Source: Centroscyllium fabricii (lineage: Eukaryota). From it: a DNA stretch of 64,000 nucleotides. The notes under the pieces were generated by a model. That model did not search any database and was not told the DNA's origin. It saw only the letters and a list, made by a program, of their open reading frames with translations. The stretch lies in contig JBNRSN020000031.1 of the NCBI GenBank assembly GCA_051313645.2, forward strand, positions 6,696,001 to 6,760,000, given 5' to 3'. Every line of letters begins with the position of its first letter. The first letter of the stretch is position 1. Shown piece after piece: positions 1 to 13,700 of the stretch. A program made the translations under genes and the position numbers.

Positions 1-1599
1 AGGCATCTGTAAGGACTACCTATTATATTCACGTAATCACATGCTGAGTTATCATTGGCCCACAGGCATCTGGAAGGACTACCTATTATATTCACGTAAT
101 CACATGCTGAATTATCATTGGACCAAAGGCATCTGTAAGGACTACTATTGTATTCACGTAATCACATGCTGAGTTATCATTGGCCAACAGGCATCTCTAA
201 GGACTACCTATTATATTTATGTAATCACATGCTGAGTTATCATTGGCCTACAGGCATCTCGAAGGACTACCTATTATATTCACATGTACACATGCTGAGT
301 TATCATTGGCCCACAGGCATCTGGAAGGACTACCTATTATATTCACGTAATCACATGCTGAATTATCATTGGACCAAAGGCATCTGTAAGGACTACCTAT
401 TATATTCACGTAATCACATGTTGAGTTATCATTGGCCCACAGGAATCTGTAAGGACTACCTATTATATTCACGTAATCACAAGCTGAATTATCATTGCCC
501 ACAGGCATCTGTAAGGACTACCTATTATATCCACGTAATCACATGCTGAGTTATCATTGGCCCACTGGCATCTGTAAGGACCACCTAATATATTCACGTA
601 ATCACATGCTGAGTTATCATTGGCCCACAGGCATCTGTATGGACCACCTATTATATTCACGTAATCACATGCTGAGTTATCATTGGCCCACAGTCATCTG
701 TAAGGACTACCTATTATATTCACGTAATCACATGCTGAGCTTTCATTGGCCCACAGTCATCTGGAAGGACTACCTATTATATTCACGTAATCACATGCTG
801 AATTATCATTGGACCAAAGGCATCTGTAAGGACTACTATTGTATTCACGTAATCACATGCTGAGATATAATTGGCCCATAGGCATCTGTAAGGACTACCT
901 ATTATATTTACGTAAACACATGCTGAGTTATCATTGGCCCACAGGCTTCTGGAAGGACTACCTATTATATTTACGTAATCACATGCTGAGTTATCATTGG
1001 CCCACAGGCATCTGGAAGGACTACCTATTATATTCACGTAATCACATGCTGAATTATAATTGGACCAAAGGCATCTGTAAGGAATACCTATTATATTCAC
1101 GTAATCACATGTTGAGTTATCATTTGCCCACAGGCATCTGTACGGACTACCTATTATATTCACGTAATCACATGCTGAATTATCATTGCCCACAGGTATC
1201 TGTAAGGACTACCTATTATATTCACGTAATCACATGCTGAGTTATCATTGGCCCACAGGCATCTGTAAGGACTACTATTATATTCACGTAATCACATGCT
1301 TAGTTATCATTGGCCCACAGGCATCTGTAAGGACGACTATTGTATTCACGTAATCAAATGCTGAGTTATCATTGGCCACAGGTATCTGTATGGTCTACTA
1401 TTTTATTCACGTAATCACATGCTGAGTTATCATTGGCCCGCAGGCATCTGTAAGGACTACCTATTCTAATCACGTAATCACATGCTGAGTTATCATTGGC
1501 CCACAGGCATCTGTAAGGACTACCTATTATTTTCACGTAATCACATGCTGAATTATCATTGGACCACAGGCATTTGTAAGGACGACCTATTATATTCAC

Positions 1600-1723
1600 A
1601 AAGTCACACAACACCAGGTTTAAAGTCCAACGTTTTATTTTAAATCACAAGCCTTCGGAGCTTTTGCCCCTTCGTCAGGCAAAGAGAAACTGTTGGACTT
1701 TAAACCTGGTGTTGTGTGACTTT
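1600..1723. repeat. Perfect 32-bp inverted repeat with a 60-bp spacer
   Basis: AAAGTCACACAACACCAGGTTTAAAGTCCAAC (1600-1631) is the exact reverse complement of GTTGGACTTTAAACCTGGTGTTGTGTGACTTT (1692-1723). Confidence 0.97.
1645..1678 (-). ncRNA. Minimal hammerhead ribozyme-like motif, degenerate and probably inactive
   Basis: The minus strand reads CTGACGA-A-GGGGC-AAAA-GCTCC-GAAG-GCTTGTGA: a CUGANGA box, a 5-bp stem II (one G-U pair) with a tetraloop, then GAAG in place of GAAA. No 5' stem I partner is evident. Confidence 0.6.
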
Positions 1724-4700
1724 TTGCATTTGTTCACCCCAGTCCAACACCGGCACCTCCGCATTATGGGAATTATATTCACGTAATCACATGCTGAGTT
1801 ATTATTGGCATACAGGCATCTGTAAGGACTACATATTATATTCACGTAATCACTTGATGAGTTATCATTGGCACACAGGCATCTGTACGGGCTAACTATT
1901 ATACTCCCGTAATAATATTTCTGAGTTATCATTGCCCACAGGCATCTGTAAGGACTACATTTATATTCACATAATCAAATGCTGAGTTATCATTGGCCCA
2001 CAGGCATCTGTAAGGACCACCTATTATATTCAGGTAATCACATGCTAAATTATGATTGGCCCACAGGCATCTGTAAGGACTACCTATTATATTCACGTAA
2101 TCACATGCTGAGTTATCATTGGCCCACAGGCATCTGTAAGGACTACCTGTTATATTCACGTAATTACATGCTGAGTTATCATTCGACAACAGGCATTTGT
2201 AAGGACTACCTATTATATTCACGTATTCACATGCTGAGTTATCATTGGCCCACAGGTATCAGTAAGGACTACCTATTATATTCACGTAATCACATGCTGA
2301 GTTATCATTGGCCCACAGGCAACTGTATGGACTACCTATTATATTCACGTAATCACATGCTGAGTTATCATTGGCCCACAGGTATCTGTAAGGACTTCCT
2401 ATTAAATTCACGTAATCACATACTGAGATATCATTGGCCCACAGGCATTTGGAAGGACTACCTATTATATTCACGTAATCACATGCTGAATTATCATTGG
2501 ACCAAAGGCATCTGTAAGGACTACCTATTATATTCACGTAATCACATGTTGAGTTATCATTGGCCCACAGGCATCTGTATGGACTACTTATTATATTCAC
2601 GTAATCACATGCTGAGTTATCATTGGCCCACAGGCATCTGTAAGGACTACTATTGTATTCACTTAACCACATGCTGAGTTATCATTGGCCCACTGGCATC
2701 TGTAAGGACTACTATTGTATTCACTTAACCACATGCTGAGTTATTATTGGCCGCAGGCATCTGTAAGGACTACCTATTATATTCACGTAATCACATGCTG
2801 AGTTATCATTGGCCCACAGGCATCTGTATGGACCTCGAATTATATTCACGTATTCACATGCTGAGTTATCATTGGCCCACAGGCATCTGTAAGGACTACC
2901 TATTATATTCACGTAATCACATGCTGAGTTATCATTGGCCCACAGGCATCTGGAAGGAGTACCTATTATATTCACGTAATCACATGCTGAATTATCATTG
3001 GACCAAAGGCATCTGTAAGGACTACTATTGTATTCACGTAATCACATGCTGAGATATCATTGGCCCACAGGCATCTGTAAGAACTACCTATTATACTTAC
3101 GTAATCACATGCTGAGTTATCATTGGCCCACAGGCATCTGGAAGGACTACCTATTATATTCACGTAATCACATGCTGAGTTATCATTGGCCCACAGGCAT
3201 CTGGAAGGACTACCTATTATATTCACGTAATCACATGCTGAATTATCATTGGTCCAAAGGCATCTGTAAGGACTACCTATTATATTCACGTAATCACTTG
3301 TTGAGTTATCATTGGCCCACAGGCATCTGTAAGGACTACCTATTATATTCACGTAATCACATGCTGAATTATCATTGGCCCGCAGGCATCTGTAAGGACT
3401 ACCAATTATATTCACGTGATCACATGCTGAGTCATCATTGGCCCACAGGCATCTGTAAGGACTACTATTGTTTTCACGTAATCAAATGCTGAGTTATCAT
3501 TGGCCCACAGGCATCTGTACGGACTACCTATTATATTCAGGTAATCACATGCTGAATTATCATTGGCCCACAGGCATCTGTAAGGACTACATATTATATT
3601 CACGTATTCACATGCTGAGTTATCATTGGCCCACAGGCATCTGTAAGGACTACCTATTATATTCACGTAATCACATGCTGAATTATCATTGGCCCACAGG
3701 CATCTGTAATGACTACCTATTATATTTACGTAATCACATGCTGAGTTATCATTGGCCCGCAGGCATCTGTAAGGACGACCAATTATATTCACGTGATCAC
3801 ATGCTGAGTTATCATTGGCCCACAGGCATCTGTAAGGACTACTATTGTACTCAATTAACCAAATGCTGAGTTATCATTGGCCCACAGGCATCTGTTAGGA
3901 CTACTATTGTATTCACGTAATCACATGCTGAATTACCATTGCCCACAGGTATCTGTAAGGGTTACCTATTATATTCACGTAATCACATGCTGAATTATCA
4001 TTGGCCCGCAGGCATCTGTAAGGATTACCAATTATATTCACGTGATCACTTGCTGAGTTATCATTGGCCCACAGGCATCTGTAAGGACTACTATTGTTTT
4101 CACGTAATCAAATGCTGAGTTATCATTGGCCCACAGACATCTGTAAGGACTACCTATTATATTCAGGTAATCACATGCTGAATTATCATTGGCCCACAGG
4201 CATCTGTAAGGACTACATATTATATTCACGTAATCACATGCTGAGTTATCATTGGCCCACAGGCATCTGTAAGGACTACCTGTTATATTCATGTAATCAC
4301 ATGCTGAGTTATCATTGGCCCACAGGCATTTGTAAGGACTACGTATTATATTCACGTATTCACATGCTGAGTTATCATTGGCCCACAGGCATCTGTAAGG
4401 ACTACCTATTATATTCACGTAATCACATGCTGAGTTATCATTGGCCCACAGGCATCTGTAAGGACTACCTATTATATTCACGTAATCACATGCTGAGATA
4501 TCATTGGCCCACAGACATCTGTAAGGACTATCTATTATATTCATGTATCACATGCTAAGTTATCATTGGACCACAGGCATCTGTAAGGACTACCTATTAT
4601 ATTCACGTAATCACATGCTGAATTATCATTGGCCCACAGGCATCTGTAATGACTACCTATTATATTTACGTAATCACATGCTGAGTTATCATTGGCCCGC

Positions 4701-7700
4701 AGGCATCTGTAAGGACTACCAATTATATTCACGTGATCACATGCTGAGTTATCATTGGCCCACAGGCATCTTTAAGGACTACTATTGTACTCAATTAACC
4801 AAATGCTGAGTTATCATTGGCCCGCAGGCATCTGTAAGGACTACCAATTATATTCACGTGATCACATGCTGTGTTATCATTGGCCCACAGGCATCTGTAA
4901 GGACTACTATTATATTCACGTAATCACAAGCCGAGTTATCATTGGACACCTGGCATCTGTAAGGACTACTATTGTATTCATGTAATCAAACACTGAGATA
5001 TCATTGGCCCACAGGCATCTGTAAGGACTACTATTGTATTCACGTAATCACATGCTGAGTTATCATTGGCCCGCAGGCATCTGTAAGGGCTACCTATTAT
5101 ATTCACGTAATCACATGCTGAGTTATCATTGGCCCACAGGCATCTGTAAGGACTACTATTATATTCACGTAATCATATGCTGAGTTATCATTGGTCCATA
5201 GGCATCTGTAAGGACTACCTATTATATTCACGTAATCAAATGCTGAATTATCATTGTCCCAGAGGCATCTGAAAGGACTACCTATTATAATCACGTAATC
5301 ACATGCTGAGTTATCGTTGGCCCACAGGAATCTGTAAGGACTACCTATTATATTCATGTAATCACATGCTGAGTTATCATTGGCCCACAGGCATCTGTAA
5401 GGACTACCTGTTATATTCACGTAATCACATGCTGAGTTATCATTGGCCCACAGGCATTTGGAATGTCTACCTATTATATTCACGTATTCACATGCTGAGT
5501 TATCATTGGCCCACAGGCATCTGTAAGGACTACCTTTTAAATTCACATAATCACATGCTGAGTTATCATTGGCCCACAGGCATCTGTAAGGACTACCTAT
5601 TATATTCACGTAATCACATGCTGAGTTATCATTGTCCCACAGGTATCTGTAAGGACTACCTATTATATTCACGTAATCACATGCTGCGTTATCATTGTCC
5701 CACAGGCATCTGGAAGGACTACCTATTATATTCACGTAATCACATGCTGAAATATCATTGGACCAAAGGCATCTGTAAGGACTACCTATTATATTCACGT
5801 AATCACATGTTGAGATATCATTGGCCCACAGGCATCTGTAAGGACTACCTATTATATTCACGTAATCACATGTTGAGTTATCATTGGCCCACAGGCATCT
5901 GGAAGGACTATCTATTATATTCACGTAATCACATGCTGAGTTATCATTGGCCACAGGCATCTGTAAGGACAACCTATTATATTCACGTAATCACATGCTG
6001 AGTTATCATTGGCCTGCAGGCATCTGTAAGAAATGCCTATTATATTCACGTAATCAGATGCTGAGTTATCATTGGCCCACAGGCATCTGTAAGGACTACC
6101 TATTATATTCACGTAATCACATGCTGAGTTATCATTGGCCACAGGCATCTGTAAAGACTACCTATTATATTCACGTAATCACATGCTGAGTTATCATTGG
6201 CCCACAGGCATCTGTAAGAACTACCTTTTATATTCACGTAATCACATGCTGAATTATCATTGGCCCACAGGCATCTGGAAGGACTACCTATTATATTCAC
6301 GTAATCACATTCTGATTTATAATTGGCCCACAGGCATCTGGAAGGAATACCTATTATATTCACGTAATCACATGCTGAATTATCATTGGACCAAAGGCAT
6401 CTGTAAGGACTACCTATTATATTCACGTAATCACATGTTAGTTATCATTGGCCCCAGGCATCTGTAAGGGCTACCTATTACATTCAGGTAATCACATGCT
6501 GAATTATCATTGCCCACAGGCATCTGGAAGGACTACCTATAATATTCACGTAATCACATGCTGATTTATCATTGGACCAAAGGCATCTGTAAGGACTAAT
6601 ATTGTATTCATGTAATCACATGCTGAGATATCATTGGCCCACAGGCATCTGTAAGGACTACCTATTATATTTACGTAATTACATGCTGAGTTATCATTGG
6701 CCCACAGGCTTCTGGAAGGACTACCTATTATATTCACGTAATCACATGCTGAGTTATCATTGGCCCACATGCATCTGGAAGGCCTACCTATTATATTCAC
6801 GTAATCACATGCTGAATTATCATTGGACCAAAGGCATCTGTAAGGACTACCTATTATATTCACGTAATCACATGTTGAGTTATCATTGGCCAGCAGGCAT
6901 CTGAAAGGACTACCTATTATATTCAGGTAATCACATGCTGAATTATCATTGCCCACAGGCATCTGTAAGGACTACCCATTATATTCACGTAATCACATGC
7001 TGAGTTATCATTGCCCCACTGGCATCTGTATGGACTACCTATTATATTCACGTAATCACATGCTGAGTTATCATCGGCCCACAGGCATCTGTAAGGACTA
7101 CCTATTATATTCACGTAATCACATGCTGAGTTACCATTGGCCCACAGGCATCTGGAAGGACTACCTATAATATTCACGTATTCACATGCTGAGTTATCAT
7201 TGGCCCACAGGCATCTGTAAGGACTACTATTGTTTTCACGTAATCAAATGCTGAGTTATCATTGGCCCACAGGCATCTGTAAGGACTACCTATTATATTC
7301 AGGTAATCACATGCTGAATTATAATTGGCCCACAGGCATCTGTAAGGACTACATATTATATTCACGTAATCACATGCTGAGTTATCATTGGCCCACAGGC
7401 ATCTCTAAGGACTACCTGTTATATTCATGTAATCACATGCTGACTTATCATTGGCCCACAGACATTTGTAAGGACTACGTGTTATATTCACGTATTCACA
7501 TGCTGAGTTATCATTGGCCCACAGGCATCTGTAAGGATTACCTATTATATTCACGTAATCACATGCTGAATTATCATTGGCCCACAGGCATCTGTAATGA
7601 CTACCTATTATATTTACGTAATCACATGCTGAGTTATCATTGGCCCGCAGGCATCTGTAAGGACTACCAATTATATTCACGTGATCACATGCTGAGTTAT

Positions 7701-10700
7701 CATTGGCCCACAGGCATCTGTAAGGACTACTATTGTACTCAATTAAACAAATGCTGAGTTATCATTGGCCCACAGGCATCTGTAAGGACTACTATTGTAT
7801 TCACGTAATCACATGCTGAGTTATCATTTGCCCGCAGGCATCTGTAAGGACTACCTATTATATTCACGTAATCACATGCTGAATTACCATTGCCCACAGG
7901 TATCTGTAAGGGTTACCTATTATATTCACGTAATCACATGCTGAGTTATCATTGGCCCACAGGATTCTGTAAGGACTACCTATCATATTCACGTAATCAC
8001 ATGCTGAATTAACATTGGCCCGCAGGCATCTGTAAGGTCTACCAATTATTTTCACGTGATCACATGCTGAGTTATCATTGGCCCACAGGCATCTGTAAGG
8101 ACTACTATTGTTTTCACGTAATCAAATGCTGAGTTATCATTGGCCCACAGACATCTGTAAGGACTACCTATTATATTCAGGTAATCACATGCTGAATTAT
8201 CATTGGCCCACAGGCATCTGTAAGGACTACATATTATATTCACGTAATAACATGCTGAGTTATCATTGGCCCACAGGCATCTGTAAGTCTACCTGTTATA
8301 TTCATGTAATCACACGCTGAGTTATCATTGGCCCACAGGCATTTGTAAGGACTACGTATTATATTCACATATTCACATGCTGAGTTATCATTGGCCCACA
8401 GGCATCTGTAAGGACTACCTATTATATTCACGTAATCAAATGCTGAGTTATCATTGGCCCACAGGCATCTGTAAGGCCTACCTATTATATTCACATAATC
8501 ACATGCTGAGATATCATTGGCCCACAGGCATCTGTAAGGACTATCTATTATATTCACGTTATCACATGCTAAGTTATCATTGGCCCACAGGCATCTGTAA
8601 GGACTACCTATTATATTCACGTAATCACATGCTGAATTATCATTGGCCCACAGGCATCTGTAATGACTACCTATTATATTTACGTAATCACATGCTGAGT
8701 TATCATTGGCCCGCAGGCATCTGTAAGGACTACCAATTATATTCACTTGATCACTTGCTGAGTTATCATTGGCCCACAGGCATCTGTAAGGACTACTATT
8801 GTTTTCACGTAATCAAATGCTGAGTTATCATTGGCCCACAGACATCTGTAAGGACTACCTATTATATTCAGGTAATCACATGCTGAATTATCATTGGCCC
8901 ACAGGCATCTGTAAGGACTACATATTATATTCACGTAATCACATGCTGAGTTATCATTGGCCCACAGGCATCTGTAAGGACTACCTGTTATATTCATGTA
9001 ATCACATGCTGAGTTATCATTGGCCCACAGGCATTTGTAAGGACTACGTATTATATTCACGTATTCACATGCTGAGTTATCATTGGCCCACAGGCATCTG
9101 TAAGGACTACCTATTATATTCACGTAATCACATGCTGAGTTATCATTGGCGCACAGGCATCTGTAAGGACTACCTATTATATTCACGTAATCACATGCTG
9201 AGATATCATTGGCCCACAGGCATCTGTAAGGACTATCTATTATATTCATGTAATCACATGCTAAGTTATCATTGGACCACAGGCATCTGTAAGGACTACC
9301 TATTATATTCACGTAATCACATGCTGAATTATCATTGGCCCACAGGCATCTGTAATGACTACCTATTATATTTACGTAATCACATGCTGAGTTATCATTG
9401 GCCCGCAGGCATCTGTAAGGACTAACAATTATATTCACGTGATCACATGCTGAGTTATCATTGGCCCACAGGCATCTGTAAGGACTACTATTTTACTCAA
9501 TTAACCAAATGCTGAGTTATCATTGGCCCGCAGGCATCTGTAAGGACTACCAATTATATTCACGTGATCACATGCTGAGTTATCATTGGCCCACAGGCAT
9601 CTGTAAGGACTACTATTATATTAACGTAATCACAAGCTGAGTTATCATTGGACACCTGGAATCTGTAAGGACTACTATTGTATTCACGTAATCAAACACT
9701 GAGATATCATTGGCCCACAGGCATCTGTAAGGACTACTATTGTATTCAGGTAATCACATGCTGAGTTATCATTGGCCCGCAGGCATCTGTAAGGGCAACC
9801 TATTATATTCACGTAATCACATGCTGAGTTATCATTGGCCCACAGGCATCTGTAAGGACTACTACTATATTCACGTAATCATATGCTGAGTTATCATTGG
9901 TCCATAGGCATCTGTAAGGACCACCTATTATATTCACGTAATCAAATGCTGTATTATCATTGTCCCAGAGGCATCTGTAAGGACTACCTATTATAATCAC
10001 GTAATCACATGCTGAGTTATCATTGGCCCACAGGAATCTGTAAGGACTACCTATTATATTCATGTAATCACATGCTGAGTTATCATTGGCCCACAGGCAT
10101 CTGTAAGGACTACCTGTTATATTCACGTAATCACATGCTGAGCTATCATTGGCCCACAGGCATTTGGAAGGACTACTTATTATATTCACGTATTCACATG
10201 CTGAGTTATCATTGGCCCACAGCCATCTGTAAGGACTACCTTTTATATTCACATAATCACATGCTGAGTTATCATTGGCCCACAGGCATCTGTAAGGACT
10301 ACCTATTATATTCACGTAATCACATTCTGAGTTATCATTGTCCCACAGGTATCTGTAAGAACTACCTATTATATTCACGTAATCACATGCTGCGTTATCA
10401 TTGTCCCACAGGCATCTGGAAGGACTACCTATTATATTCACGTAATCACATGCTGAAATATCATTGGACCAAAGGCATCTGTAAGGACTACCTATTACAT
10501 TCAAGTAATCACATGTTGAGATATCATTGGTCCACAGGCATCTGTAAGGACTACCTATTATATTCACATAATCAAATGTTGAGTTATCATTGGCCCACAG
10601 GCATCTGGAAGGACTATCTATTATATTCACGTAATCACATGCTGAGTTATCATTGGCCACAGGCATCTGTAAGGACAACCTATTATATTCACGTAATCAC

Positions 10701-13700
10701 ATGCTGAGTTATCATTGGACTGCAGGCATCTGTAAGAACTGCCTATTATATTCACGTAATCGGATGCTGAGTTATCATTGGCCCACAGGCATCTGTAAGG
10801 ACTACCTATTATATTCACGTAATCACATGCTGAGTTATCATTGGCCCACAGGCATCTGTAAGAACTATCTTTTATATTCACGTAATCACATGCTGAATTA
10901 TCATTGGCCCACAGGCATCTGGAAGGACTACCTATTATATTCACGTAATCACATTCTGATTTATAATTGGCCCACAGGCATCTGGAAGGACTACCTACTA
11001 TATTCACGTAATCACATGCTGAATTATCATTGGACCAAAGGCATCTGTAAGGACTACCTATTATATTCACATAATCACATGTTGAGTTATCATTGGCCCC
11101 AGGCATCTGTAAGGACTACCTATTATATTCAGGTAATCACCTGCTGAATTATCATTGCCCACAGGCATCTGGAAGGACTACCTATAATATTCACGTAATC
11201 ACATGCTGATTTATCATTGGACCAAAGGCATCTGTAAGGACTAATATTGTATTCACGTAATCACATGCTGAGATATCATTGGCCCACAGGCATCTGTAAG
11301 GACTACCTATTATATTTACGTAATCACATGCTGAGTTATCATTGGCCCACATGCATCTGGAAGGCCTACCTATTATATTCACGTAATCACATGCTGAATT
11401 ATCATTGGACCAAAGGCATCTGTAAGGACTACCTATTATATTCACGTAATCACATGTTGAGTTATCATTGGCCCGCAGGCAACTGTAAGGACTACCTATT
11501 ATATTCAGGTAATCACATGCTGAATTATCATTGCCCACAGGCATCTGTAAGGACTACCTATTATATTCACGTAATCACATGCTGAGTTATCATTGCCCCA
11601 CTGGCATCTGTATGGACTACCTATTATATTCACGTAATCACATGCTGAGTTATCATCGGCCCACAGGCATCTGTAAGGACTACCTATTATATTCACGTAA
11701 TCACATGCTGAGTTATCATTGGCCCACAGGCATCTGGAAGGACTACCTATAATATTCACGTATTCACATGCTGAGTTATCATTGGCCCACAGGCATCTGT
11801 AAGGACTACTATTGTTTTCACGTAATCAAATGCTGAGTTATCATTGGCCCACAGGCATCTGTAAGGACTACCTATTATATTCAGGTAATCACATGCTGAA
11901 TTATCATTGGCCCACAGGCATCTGTAAGGACTACATATTATATTCACGTAATCACATGCTGAGTTATCATTGGCCCACAGGCATCTGTAAGGACTACCTG
12001 TTATATTCATGTAATCACATGCTGAGTTATCATTGGCCCACAGGCATTTGTAAGGACTACGTATTATATTCATGTATTCACATGCTGAGTTATCATTGGC
12101 CCACAGGCATCTGTAATGAATACCTATTATATTTACGTAATAACATGCTGAGTTATCATTGGCCCGCAGGCATCTGTAAGGACTACCAATTATATTCACG
12201 TGATCACATGCTGAGTTATCATTGGCCCACAGGCATCTGTAAGGACTACTATTGTACTCAATTAAACAAATGCTGAGTTATCATTGGCCCACAGGCATCT
12301 GTAAGGACTACTATTGTATTCACGTAATCACATGCTGAGTTATCATTGGCCCGCAGGCATCTGTAAGGACTACCTATTATATTCACGTAATCACATGCTG
12401 AATTACCATTGCCCACAGGTATCTGTAAGGGTTACCTATTATATTCACGTAATCACATGCTGAGTTATCATTGGCCCACAGGATTCTGTAAGGACTACCT
12501 ATTATATTCACGTAATCACATGCTGAATTATCATTGGCCCGCAGGCATCTGTAAGGACTACCAATTATATTCACGTGATCACATGCTGAGTTATCATTGG
12601 CCCACAGGCATCTGTAAGGACAACTATTGTTTTCACGTAATCAAATGCTGAGTTATCATTGGCCCACAGACATCTGTAAGGACTACCTATTATATTCAGG
12701 TAATCACATGCTGAATTATCATTGGCCCACAGGCATCTCTAAGGACTACATATTATATTCACGTAATCCCATGCTGAGTTATCATTGGCCCACAGGCATC
12801 TGTAAGGACTACCTGTTATATTCATGTAATCACATGCTGAGTTATCATTGGCCCACAGGCATTTGTAAGGACTACGTATTATATTCACATATTCACATGC
12901 TGAGTTATCATTGGCCCACAGGCATCTGTAAGGGCTACCTATTATATTCACGTAATCACATGCTGAGTTATCATTGGCCCACAGGCTTCTGTATGGCCTA
13001 CCTATTATATTCACGTAATCACATGCTGAGATATCATTGGCCCACAGGCATCTGTAAGGACTATCTATTATATTCACGTAATCACATGCTAAGTTATCAT
13101 TGGCCCACAGTCATCTGTAAGGACTACCTATTATATTCATGTAATCACATGCTGAATTATCATTGGCCCACAGGCATCTGTAATGACTACCTATTATATT
13201 TACGTAATCACATGCTGAGTTATCATTGGCCCGCAGGCATCTGTAAGGACTACCAATTATATTCTCGTGATCACATGCTGAGTTATCATTGGCCCACAGG
13301 CATCTGTAAGGACTACTATTGTACTCAATTAACCAAATGCTGAGTTATCATTGGCCCACAGGCATCTGTAAGGACGACTATTGTATTCACGTAATCACAT
13401 GCTGAGTTATCATTGGCCCGCAGGCATCTGTAAGGACCACCTATTATATTCACGTAATCACACGCTGAGTTATCATTGGCCCACAGGCATCTGTAAGGAC
13501 TACTATTATATTCACGTATTCACAAGCTGAGTGATCATTGGCCCACTGGCATCTGTAAGGACTACTATTGTATTCACGTAATCAAACGCTGAGATATCAT
13601 TGGCCCACAGGCATCTGTAAGGACTGCTATTGTATTCACGTAATCACATGCTGAGTTATCATTGGCCCGCAGGCATCTGTATGGGCTACCTATCATATTC

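Larger units (their letters stand above)
1600..1771. mobile_element. Short non-autonomous retroelement remnant, probably a Penelope-like element terminal repeat with an inverted 5' segment
   Basis: 172 bp of non-satellite sequence flanked by the direct repeat ATTATATTCAC (1589-1599 and 1772-1782). It contains a 32-bp inverted repeat, and on the minus strand a hammerhead-like core followed by AATAAA. Inverted partial terminal repeats plus minimal hammerheads are known Penelope-like features. The family call is by recognition only. Confidence 0.75.

Noticed and set aside
1-63. Satellite monomer itself as a hammerhead ribozyme, as in newt or schistosome satellites
   Set aside because: Neither strand of the consensus has a CUGANGA plus GAAA core; CTGAGTT does not fit.
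1600-1723. MITE or DNA transposon defined by the 32-bp inverted repeat
   Set aside because: The right arm ends 48 bp before the insert boundary set by the TSD, so the repeats are not terminal. The hammerhead-like core and poly(A) signal favour a Penelope-type origin.
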